From contig JBCCQY010000105.1 of NCBI GenBank assembly GCA_039208735.1, forward strand, positions 1-32,947: a DNA stretch of 32,947 bases. Reading direction: 5' to 3'. Positions within the stretch are counted from its first letter, which is position 1. Every line of letters starts with the position of its first letter. The notes beneath the pieces were generated by a model that saw only the letters and a program-made list of their open reading frames with translations, had not been told where the DNA came from and made no database searches. This DNA is from Myxococcota bacterium. GTDB lineage: Bacteria; Myxococcota_A; UBA796; GCA-2862545. Below, piece after piece: positions 1 to 7,962 of the stretch. The position numbers were made by a program, and so were the translations under genes.

Positions 1-2
1 CC

Positions 3-359
3 ACGCCGACCGACCTAGATGGTGCCATTTCACGGCCGGTCCGCATCGAGGGCTTCTTCGACACCGTCCACGTCCACCAACCAGGGTTGCCCGCCCTTGT
101 GCTCACCGGGGCGGCCGCCCGTGTGATCTACGAGCTTGGCACCATTGGTCAGCCGGTTTCGTGGCGTGATGTCGCCACTACGGTGTGGCCAAACCATGAT
201 GGCGACGAACGACTGCGCAAACGCTGGGACGTCATGCTGACCCGGCTGCGCAAACGTCTCACCGAATCCGCCATTCGACCGTCCTTGGTGCATGCCGACG
301 GTGGCGGCAAGGTGCGCCTGCTCCTCGAACGGGCAGACGTCTTCCAAGACTGCGGATGA
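3..359 (+). CDS. 5'-truncated protein with C-terminal OmpR-like winged-helix DNA-binding domain
   Basis: Frame is open from base 3 to TGA at 357-359. The segment AARVIYELGTIGQPVSWRDVATTVWP...WDVMLTRLRKRL...LVHADGGG resembles a winged helix-turn-helix. The N-terminus lies outside the window. Confidence 0.7.
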   Translation, partial: TPTDLDGAISRPVRIEGFFDTVHVHQPGLPALVLTGAAARVIYELGTIGQPVSWRDVATTVWPNHDGDERLRKRWDVMLTRLRKRLTESAIRPSLVHADGGGKVRLLLERADVFQDCG

Positions 360-378
360 ACACGATGAGGGAGGTACG

Positions 379-1194
379 ATGCGTATCATTTCGATGACAA
401 CCCTAGTCGCCCTGATGGGCTGTGAGGTCGAGACGCCTCCGAGCGTGCTCACCATCGGTGGCTTCAAACGGCCGGTGGCTTGCGAACCGTTGCGCGATGC
501 CACCGACGAGCCGATGCTCATCACGTCCTGCATCTCGGAGGACTGTTCGTTGCTGTCGGTGACACTCGAACCGAACCCCGGTCCCGCGAGCTGGTCGTTC
601 GATGGGACGGAGGTCGCCGACGCCGCATGTGGCATCGAAGTGTCCCTCGAGCCAGGCCGTTCCCACACCCTCACCGCAAAGTGGGCCGCCGGCACCTACG
701 CAACCCAGCAAATGCGCGCCATGAACACCTTCCCCGGCGAAGAGGGAGGTGAGCCCGAGCCCGAGATCGTCATCTACGGCAACGGCGAAGGGTGCGATCT
801 GTACTGGATCACGATGCTGGGCGGCTGTCTCAAGGCACCGGATATAGCCTTTGAACGTCGGTTGTTTGCAATGAGCAACCAGACCAATCAGCCCGATGCG
901 ACCGACACCTTCGAGTTCAGCCCTCGACCCGCCCCCGCCACGGTCGATCGCGTTGGGTACGCCGACTTCGGGCACTGGACGGTCGCGCCTCCGGGACGCT
1001 TCCCGGCCGGTCCCCCGCCCGCACTCTCCCTCAATGCAGGTTCCAATCCATACCTCTCGCACGGCTTTGGGCTCCCCAACAGCACCCGAGGCGAGATCTA
1101 CATCTTCCACGGACGTGCACACAACGAGTACCTCGACACGTTTTGGTGCGTCGACAACAAAGGCGGGTTCGGGAACCTACCCCCTGGTAACTGA
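379..1194 (+). CDS. Hypothetical Cys-rich lipoprotein
   Basis: GGAGG 5' of ATG 379; signal peptide MRIISMTTLVALMG|C with lipobox; several Cys in the mature part. Confidence 0.75.
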   Translation: MRIISMTTLVALMGCEVETPPSVLTIGGFKRPVACEPLRDATDEPMLITSCISEDCSLLSVTLEPNPGPASWSFDGTEVADAACGIEVSLEPGRSHTLTAKWAAGTYATQQMRAMNTFPGEEGGEPEPEIVIYGNGEGCDLYWITMLGGCLKAPDIAFERRLFAMSNQTNQPDATDTFEFSPRPAPATVDRVGYADFGHWTVAPPGRFPAGPPPALSLNAGSNPYLSHGFGLPNSTRGEIYIFHGRAHNEYLDTFWCVDNKGGFGNLPPGN

Positions 1195-1275
1195 ACGTCG
1201 ATGAAGGACCATCCTTGGGTTTGGCCGCCAACTTGTGCTACCTGGCCAAGGCCCACCGTGCAGCTCTGAACGGGC

Positions 1276-4017
1276 TCAATCCGAGGGTTCGAGCGAAGCC
1301 CGAATTCGCGTAAGGCGACGCTGCAACGGCCCATGGTCCTTGGAAATCTGCTCTTCGGCGGCGGTAATGTCGCGATGGGCAAGACCGCGGTTGCCCCGAC
1401 CAGCGTGGGCTTCGGCCCGGGTGATCAAGGCGTCCGCCAACAACATGCGGTTGCCACATTGATTCAACCACGGCAATTGCCGAGACACCAGGCGCTCGGC
1501 TTCGGTGTAGTGCTCCTGGTCTACCAGCAAGCAGGCGCGCTCGTTGTTCACGAAGTGGCGGATGTAGGTCAGGCCAAGGTCCCCGCACCTGGCTTCCGCC
1601 TCGTCCAGAAGGACCGCAGCTGCTTTGAACCGTCTCTGGCGTCGCTCGAGTTTGCAAAGCCGCACGCGGGCGTAGCAAGCCTCGCGGACGTTGTCATGGG
1701 CCAGTTGAAACGCCAAGGCCCCCTCCAACGCCTTCCGGGCGGCCGCGACGAGCCCCAACCGAAGCAATACGACGCCGAGGGTAGACCGGAGGATCTCGGC
1801 AAACGATGTGCTGCCCAATCGGCGATGGAGCGCAATCGCCTCATTGAGGAGGGTTCGGGCGTGGCCCTCTTGGCCCATGACCGACGCCAACGTCCCCAAT
1901 AAGCCCGTCACACCGGCCTGACCGAATCGGTTGTCGAGCGACGCATACAATTCGCGCGCCGTCTCGTAGCCCTCACGGGCTTCCACTAAACCCCCCACCA
2001 TCCATCGGCTGCTTGCAACGTTGACGAGCGTGCGCGCGTGTAACTCCAAGTCGCCGACCTCCTGGCTCGCCCGTAAGGCCGCTTCGCAGGTCACTCGAGC
2101 TTCCTCCACGTTGCGTTGATCTCGGTACAGCCAAGCCTGGCAGCTGAGGACCGCGACCCGAAGTCGTGCATCGCCCTGACGCTCCAAGACCTGTTCGCCC
2201 ACCGTCAGGCTGTCGCGGGCGCCCTCCGCTTGGCCCGACATCATCCTCCCCCAGGCCTGCTGCGCCGCAATGCGGCCTTCAATCACGGTGTTACCGCCGC
2301 ACGCCCGAGCCGCCGCCAAGCCGCGCTCCAACACCTGATCCGCCTCGTCAAGGCGCGCCGATCGCACCAGCAAATCCCCCAACCGTAAAGCCATTTCGGC
2401 CTCGAGATCCGAGGGCAGTTCCAACGCTCGCACGCATTCGGCAAGCCCAATCCAGGACGAAAACGGTCCCACGTCCGACATCACGACGAACGCCGCCAGC
2501 AAGGTGTCGACGGCCGTTGGCACGTCCCCCCGAGCCACCGCTCTCCGACACGCAACCACCACGTTTTCGAGATCCTGCCGCACGTCGAGTGGATGAGTGG
2601 CCGCACCCGCACGAAGGCGAGCCCCCGTGCGAGCGAACCACGTGCCATGCCGGCGATGCGCCTGTGCAACATCGTCCAGCTTGGACATGGCGTACTCCTG
2701 GGCACTCACCAACAATCGAAAGCGATCCTCTGCAGCTGGGGTGACCCAGCTCAATTCGACAAGCCGCTGGAGAATGTCTAAGGTGAACCCTCCGGTTTGA
2801 ACAACGGCCTCCGCCGCCTCGATGGTGAATCCGCCTTCAAAGACCGACAGCTGAGCCAACCCCGACCGCTCGTCCTCAGACAACAGTTCGAAGCTCCAAT
2901 CGAGGACCCCAGCGAGGCTGGAATGCCGAGCCGCGATCCGTCGCGTGGAAGCGAGCAGTCGAAAGCGATCCGAAAGCCTGGGCAGCAGCCGGCTGGGCGG
3001 CAAAACCCGAACCCGCGCGGCGGCAAACTCGATGGCCAGCGGCAGTCGATCGAGCAAGCCGAGCAATTCCGGAAGCGCGGCCTCGTCTTCCTCGGACAAG
3101 CGAAACCCGGGGCGGGCCGTTCCCGCGCAATGAAGGTAAAACGAAGGTGCGTCTTCTTCCGCGAGAGGCCCCAGTAAAAACCGGGTTTCGAGAGCGAGAC
3201 CCAGTGGCTCGCGAGTGGTGACCACAATGTGCAGTTCAGTGGTACCGGCCATCCAGCGCTCGAGAGCCTGTCGCAGGGGTTCGGTGACCCGCTCAGCGTT
3301 GTCGATGATGAGCAATGCCTGACCCAGGTGGCGCAAACAATGTTCGATGCGATCCCCCAATGGGTCTCGCATCACCACCCCCAAACACCGCGCGATGGCC
3401 CCCACCATTTGTTCGGTGGTGTGCGCATCCACCAAATCACAAAAATGAATGCCCCCTGGCCAAACGTCTTGTTCATTGTGCCGACGCGCTCCTTCGACGA
3501 CAAGCCTGGACTTTCCTGTACCGCCTAGACCGATGACGGAAACAAGGCGCTGCATTCGAACCTGTTGATCGAACAGCTCAAGTTCCCGAGTTCGGCCCAC
3601 GAAAGCACTGCGAGCGTTCGGCAATCGAACCGGCGGGGAGACCGTGGGCGGCGCAGGCGTTTCGTCCGGCTCCTCCTCAACCTCGGGGCGAACTGGAAGA
3701 AATACGTAGCCAACCCCATAGCGGGTGATGAGGTGTTCGGGCCGCTTGGGATCGCGTTCGACTTTCCGTCGAAGCGTGTACATGGCTTTGTCGACTGCGC
3801 GCGTGGTCGTCCGACGGGAATACCCAAACCGCTCCGCAATTTCGTGCTGAGAGATTGGCTCCCCCGGACAAGCCACAAGACAGCAGAGCAACGTCCGTTC
3901 TCGCTCGGTTAGGCGACCGTCACGCCCACGGGCCAGCCGGCCAGTGACCAGGTCCACCGAACAGCCAAGGAGCTGCACCCATTGCGCAGGGGGTATGGGA
4001 AGCAAGTCAGAATCCAC
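1276..4017 (-). CDS. Winged-helix (OmpR/SARP-type) - STAND/NB-ARC ATPase - TPR transcriptional regulator (AfsR-like, COG3903-type)
   Basis: N-terminal wHTH (LTERERTLL...TRAVDKAMYTLRRKVERDPKRPEHLITRYGVGY); Walker A GLGGTGKS; Walker B LLIIDNAE; LDRLPLAIEFAAAR motif; C-terminal helical TPR-like repeats; GTG start with AGGAG upstream. Confidence 0.9.
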   Translation of the reverse strand: MDSDLLPIPPAQWVQLLGCSVDLVTGRLARGRDGRLTERERTLLCCLVACPGEPISQHEIAERFGYSRRTTTRAVDKAMYTLRRKVERDPKRPEHLITRYGVGYVFLPVRPEVEEEPDETPAPPTVSPPVRLPNARSAFVGRTRELELFDQQVRMQRLVSVIGLGGTGKSRLVVEGARRHNEQDVWPGGIHFCDLVDAHTTEQMVGAIARCLGVVMRDPLGDRIEHCLRHLGQALLIIDNAERVTEPLRQALERWMAGTTELHIVVTTREPLGLALETRFLLGPLAEEDAPSFYLHCAGTARPGFRLSEEDEAALPELLGLLDRLPLAIEFAAARVRVLPPSRLLPRLSDRFRLLASTRRIAARHSSLAGVLDWSFELLSEDERSGLAQLSVFEGGFTIEAAEAVVQTGGFTLDILQRLVELSWVTPAAEDRFRLLVSAQEYAMSKLDDVAQAHRRHGTWFARTGARLRAGAATHPLDVRQDLENVVVACRRAVARGDVPTAVDTLLAAFVVMSDVGPFSSWIGLAECVRALELPSDLEAEMALRLGDLLVRSARLDEADQVLERGLAAARACGGNTVIEGRIAAQQAWGRMMSGQAEGARDSLTVGEQVLERQGDARLRVAVLSCQAWLYRDQRNVEEARVTCEAALRASQEVGDLELHARTLVNVASSRWMVGGLVEAREGYETARELYASLDNRFGQAGVTGLLGTLASVMGQEGHARTLLNEAIALHRRLGSTSFAEILRSTLGVVLLRLGLVAAARKALEGALAFQLAHDNVREACYARVRLCKLERRQRRFKAAAVLLDEAEARCGDLGLTYIRHFVNNERACLLVDQEHYTEAERLVSRQLPWLNQCGNRMLLADALITRAEAHAGRGNRGLAHRDITAAEEQISKDHGPLQRRLTRIRASLEPSD

Positions 4018-4083
4018 ACCAGAGGTGTACTCCTAATTCGGAGAGTGTGAAGCCCGCTGTTACGTTTGGGTCATCGAACCGAT

Positions 4084-4596
4084 CTAAGGCGTGTCATCCC
4101 CCCCCATGCGCGACACGACAAAGGCTCTGGCTGCCCTCCACTCTCGCTGAATCGTACGCTCGGACACCCCAAGGGTTTCTGCCACTTCGGGAATCGAGAG
4201 CCCCCCAAAGGTGCGAAGCATCGCAATTTCAGCCCCCCGCGGATCGACAGCCTCAAGCTCGGTGAGGGCCCGGTCGAGGTCGATCAAATCCACATCCCGT
4301 GGTGAATCGGCCAACCCGGAAAGCGTCACCTGTCGCTGATGGGGACCGCCGCGTTTGTCTCGGCTCTTCGCCCGACCGCGGTCGATGAGGATCTGCCGCA
4401 TGGCCCGAGCCGCGACCGCGACGAAGTGCCGCTCGGAGTCGAATCGCCCGTCGGCCAGCTTGAGCCAAGCCTCGTGCAGAATGGCGGTGGGCTGAACGGT
4501 GGCGTGACCCCGCCCCCGTTCGGCGAAAATGCGTTCTGCCAACCGGTGGAGGTGGTGGTAAACGTCGTCGTCGAGTTGAACCTCAAAGTCGCCCAT
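4084..4596 (-). CDS. ECF sigma-70 factor, TIGR02999 (Planctomycete/Verrucomicrobia-type, kinase-associated) family
   Basis: Family motifs VYHHLHRLA, TVQPTAILHEAWLKL, HFVAVAARAMRQILIDRGR..KRGG, LIDLDRALTEL, FGGLSIPEVAETLGVSERTIQREWRAARA. Confidence 0.9.
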   Translation of the reverse strand: MGDFEVQLDDDVYHHLHRLAERIFAERGRGHATVQPTAILHEAWLKLADGRFDSERHFVAVAARAMRQILIDRGRAKSRDKRGGPHQRQVTLSGLADSPRDVDLIDLDRALTELEAVDPRGAEIAMLRTFGGLSIPEVAETLGVSERTIQREWRAARAFVVSRMGGDDTP

Positions 4597-4600
4597 GGCC

Positions 4601-7600
4601 TCAATCTACCGTGGCGTCTGCCAGTGCGACTTTGAGTTCCTCAATGTCCTGGGACAACTGCGAGGTCGGCGACAACTCCGCCGCGTCGGCAAGGGTCCTC
4701 GCTTCGGCAAGACGGTCCTCGGCATCGACCCGATCCCCGCGCGCGAGGGACAATCGACCGATACGACACAGCAGTTTCCCCAATTCAAGTGGATCGCCCC
4801 CCCGGCGCAGCCGCTCCTCGGCGCGCTGGGCCACCGTGAGCGCCCGCTCCCCGCGACCCGAGCGCTCGAGTACACCCGCCAAGGTGCCGAGCGAAATGCC
4901 TTCGAGCATGGAATCGCCAACGTCGACGGCCAACGACACCGCCGCTTCAAGCTGCGCGGCGGCCGCCTCCAGTTCACCCTGACTCGCGAGAAACGACCCG
5001 TAGTTCGCCGCATGCATGCCTTCGTGAATCCGATCCCCAATGGCCCGTTGGATGGCCAGCGCAGCTCCAAAGGCGGACCGGGCGGCCTCAGCGTCACCCG
5101 TCAGTGAACGAATACCCGCGATCATCCCCGTCGCGAGCCCCTCCGTTCGTCGATCGCCTAGCATCGCGGCCAACGATCGGGAACGTTCATAGGCAGCAAG
5201 GCCCTCCTCTAGGTCTCCGTGGGTGCAATGCAACGCTCCGAGGTAGCTCTCGGTCAACGCCTCACCGCTCCGATCGCCACCCGTGCGCTGAAGCCTCCGG
5301 GCCCTGCGCAACTGATCGAGCGGGACCTCGTAGGCCCCCCCTCGGATGCCCGTCAAATGTGCCATCTCGGCGAGCGCCTCTGCTTCCACGATGGACGCGC
5401 CCACGGACTGGGCCAACGGCAGCGCTGCCTCAAACCATGTGGTGGCGACATCCGACTCCCGACGCAGCACCGCTCCATGGCCCAACGCGGTCAGGGCTCG
5501 CGCTTCAAGTTCGCGCTCGGAAAGGCGTGCAGCACGTTCTCGAGCCTGTTCGAGCCACCCCCGCCCCGCCTCGGCATCGCCGGCTCGATTCAGGAGTTCC
5601 CCAAGGTCCACCTCGAGCCGGGCCCGCGGAGCATCGCTGACCTGTTCGGCGAGCACCTGCTCGGCGATCGTCACCCCTAGCGCGAAGGGCCCCACTCGCC
5701 GGAGGACCGCCAATGCGGCACTTGCCGCCGGGGCGGCCACGTCAGGCAACCCCGCTTCGACGGCCCACCGCGCCGCCGCCAATGCATTGCCTAGATCGGC
5801 CGGACCAATGGGGTGCGCGGCAAAGTGAGCCGCATGTGCAGCACGAGCAGGCTCCGCGGCCCCCTCCGAAAGCTTCTCCCTAGCGAAGAGACGAATCGAA
5901 GCCAGCAAGGTGAACCGTTCCCCCCTCGCCCGCACGAGGCTGTGCTCGACCAGTGCATCGATGAGGTCGATGGCGTCGGCCCCTGGTACGTCGACCACCG
6001 CCTCTACGGCCTCAAGATCAAACGACCCTTCGAAGAGGCTGCACAGCGCCAGCGCATCACGCTCGTCGTCCCTCAGCAGATCCCAGCTTGCATCGAGGGC
6101 TCCCCGCAGGGTCGCGTTGCGTCCGGTCGCATGCTTGCGCGCCAGGACGTCGAGCCGCCGTTCAAGCCGCCCAATCATCTTGCGGGGCGGCAAGACCCGC
6201 ACCCGAGCCGCCGCAAGTTCGAGCGCGAGAGGCAGCCCATCGAGCCTACGCACCAGCTCGACCACGTCCCCCACGTTGGCGTCTTCGACCTTGAAGGACG
6301 GATGGACGCGGCGAGCGCGCTCGGCGAACAACGCCACGGCCGGGCTTTGGTCGGCTTCGGCCAGGGTCGCGTTCGCCGGGGGCAACGCTAGCGGCTCGAC
6401 GACAACCAGCCTCTCACCACCTAGATCGAGGCGTTGGCGCGACGCTACCAACCATCGGGCTTCCGGCGCACGGCGCCTTAGGGCGGCAAGCATCGGAGGA
6501 AACACCTCCGCCAGATGCTCCACGGGATCAACGATGACGAGGGCGCGGCCACGATGGCCCAGCGCCGCCCCCAGCGCATCCAAGGGTGTACCTCCATCGA
6601 CGGGCACCGAAAGCCCTTCGGCCAACGCCCGCACGACTTCATCTTCGCTCCGGGCGTCCGCGACCGTGCAGAGAAACACGCCGCCTGGCCACATTCCCCG
6701 TGTCGAACGACCGTAGTGGATGGCGAGCGTCGTCTTGCCCGTGCCCGCCGTGCCCTGAAGGCTCACCACGGTCGCCTCCGCGAAGGCAGTGGCAATGGCC
6801 GCATGCTCGACCTCCCGGCCAACCACCGGCCCCGCATCGGGCAAATCGGGAAGCGCCGGACCCGAAAAGGCGAAGGTCAGCGGTGCAATCGCAGGCGGCT
6901 CCGGCGCCTCTTGGACCTCAAAACACCGCACGACCGTCGTCGCGTCGCGAGGCCGTGCATCTTTGGCGGGCTCGACGAGCGCGTCGAGCAACGACCCCAG
7001 CCACTCCGGAATCTGGGGTGCGGTCTCTCGAATCGAAGGGAGTCGCTCTCCTTTCTGAACGGCCAGCGCCCCCAAGGGCAGGTCGCCATCGAATGGCAGC
7101 TGACCGGTGGCCGCGAAACGGAGGGTCAACCCCAAGGCGTAAAGGTCGGCGCGACCATCCAACTGATCGGGGCGATCGAAGACCTGCTCAGGAGCCGCGT
7201 ACACCAACGTTCCCACCACCTGACCGGTGCGAGTGAGTTCGTGAGGCGCGGCCTGGGCTCGCGCCACCCCAAGATCGAGGACTCTAGCAACCCCATCATC
7301 GCCCAAAAGAATGTTGCTAGGCTTTATGTCGCGATGAACGTAGCCCGCCGCATGGATCGCCGCGAGCCCCCGGGCCGCCTGACCTCCGATGGTCTGCAGC
7401 GCATCGGCAGACAGTGGGCGCTCGGACACCCGGTCGAGCAAGGTCTGCCCAGGTACAAAGTCCATTACGAGAAGCGGCACGCTCGCCTGTTCGGTCACGA
7501 GCTGCCTGACGGACCGAGTCCGCACCACATGTGGATCCTGGACCGCCAAACCGGCTTCCGCTTCGCGGAGAAAGCGCACCAACATCGTCGGGGCATGCAC

Positions 7601-7948
7601 GAGATGCGGGTGGATCAGCTTGAGGGCCAGCGGCTCACCTAAGGGATCGAAGGCCTGCCACACCTCCCCCATGCCGCCGCCCGCAATCCAGCGTGGTTCG
7701 CGAAAGCCCGCCGACGCCAGGCGACTCGCGGTCGATGCGTGCAGCGCCCGACGGACGGCTTCGGGACCGGTCTCCGCGGTGGCTAAGGCGGCTGTGTCTT
7801 CGTCGGCATCCAGCAGCGCTTCAACCTCCTGGCGCAGTGCAGCGTCCGACCCACACGCCGCCGCAAGGGTCGCCTCACGCTCGGACGCGGGCAACTCCAC
7901 CACGGCGTCGAAGACCGCCCGCACCCGGGCCCAGCGCGCCGCATCCAC
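4601..7948 (-). CDS. Ser/Thr protein kinase - STAND/NB-ARC ATPase - TPR fusion
   Basis: Kinase motifs GGGMGEVW, ALK, RFLREA, HRDIKPSN, DLG, GTLVYAAPEQ, RADLYALG; Walker A GTAGTGKTT; Walker B LVIVDPVE; LDGLPLALELAAAR; TPRs; AAGGAG before the GTG start. Confidence 0.92.
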   Translation of the reverse strand: MDAARWARVRAVFDAVVELPASEREATLAAACGSDAALRQEVEALLDADEDTAALATAETGPEAVRRALHASTASRLASAGFREPRWIAGGGMGEVWQAFDPLGEPLALKLIHPHLVHAPTMLVRFLREAEAGLAVQDPHVVRTRSVRQLVTEQASVPLLVMDFVPGQTLLDRVSERPLSADALQTIGGQAARGLAAIHAAGYVHRDIKPSNILLGDDGVARVLDLGVARAQAAPHELTRTGQVVGTLVYAAPEQVFDRPDQLDGRADLYALGLTLRFAATGQLPFDGDLPLGALAVQKGERLPSIRETAPQIPEWLGSLLDALVEPAKDARPRDATTVVRCFEVQEAPEPPAIAPLTFAFSGPALPDLPDAGPVVGREVEHAAIATAFAEATVVSLQGTAGTGKTTLAIHYGRSTRGMWPGGVFLCTVADARSEDEVVRALAEGLSVPVDGGTPLDALGAALGHRGRALVIVDPVEHLAEVFPPMLAALRRRAPEARWLVASRQRLDLGGERLVVVEPLALPPANATLAEADQSPAVALFAERARRVHPSFKVEDANVGDVVELVRRLDGLPLALELAAARVRVLPPRKMIGRLERRLDVLARKHATGRNATLRGALDASWDLLRDDERDALALCSLFEGSFDLEAVEAVVDVPGADAIDLIDALVEHSLVRARGERFTLLASIRLFAREKLSEGAAEPARAAHAAHFAAHPIGPADLGNALAAARWAVEAGLPDVAAPAASAALAVLRRVGPFALGVTIAEQVLAEQVSDAPRARLEVDLGELLNRAGDAEAGRGWLEQARERAARLSERELEARALTALGHGAVLRRESDVATTWFEAALPLAQSVGASIVEAEALAEMAHLTGIRGGAYEVPLDQLRRARRLQRTGGDRSGEALTESYLGALHCTHGDLEEGLAAYERSRSLAAMLGDRRTEGLATGMIAGIRSLTGDAEAARSAFGAALAIQRAIGDRIHEGMHAANYGSFLASQGELEAAAAQLEAAVSLAVDVGDSMLEGISLGTLAGVLERSGRGERALTVAQRAEERLRRGGDPLELGKLLCRIGRLSLARGDRVDAEDRLAEARTLADAAELSPTSQLSQDIEELKVALADATVD

Positions 7949-7962
7949 AGGGTCTCCTTAGA

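Noticed and set aside
1215..1256. Imperfect stem between convergent genes
   Set aside because: Weak pairing, long loop and no U-tract; not called as a terminator.
7265..7280. Kinase has DLG rather than DFG, suggesting a possible pseudokinase
   Set aside because: DLG is a common active variant, and the catalytic Lys, HRD and APE motifs are intact.
6515..7642. Long + strand ORF (375 aa) and many similar antisense or alternate-frame ORFs
   Set aside because: They shadow well-supported genes and have Arg/Pro-rich composition without motifs, as expected in high-GC DNA.
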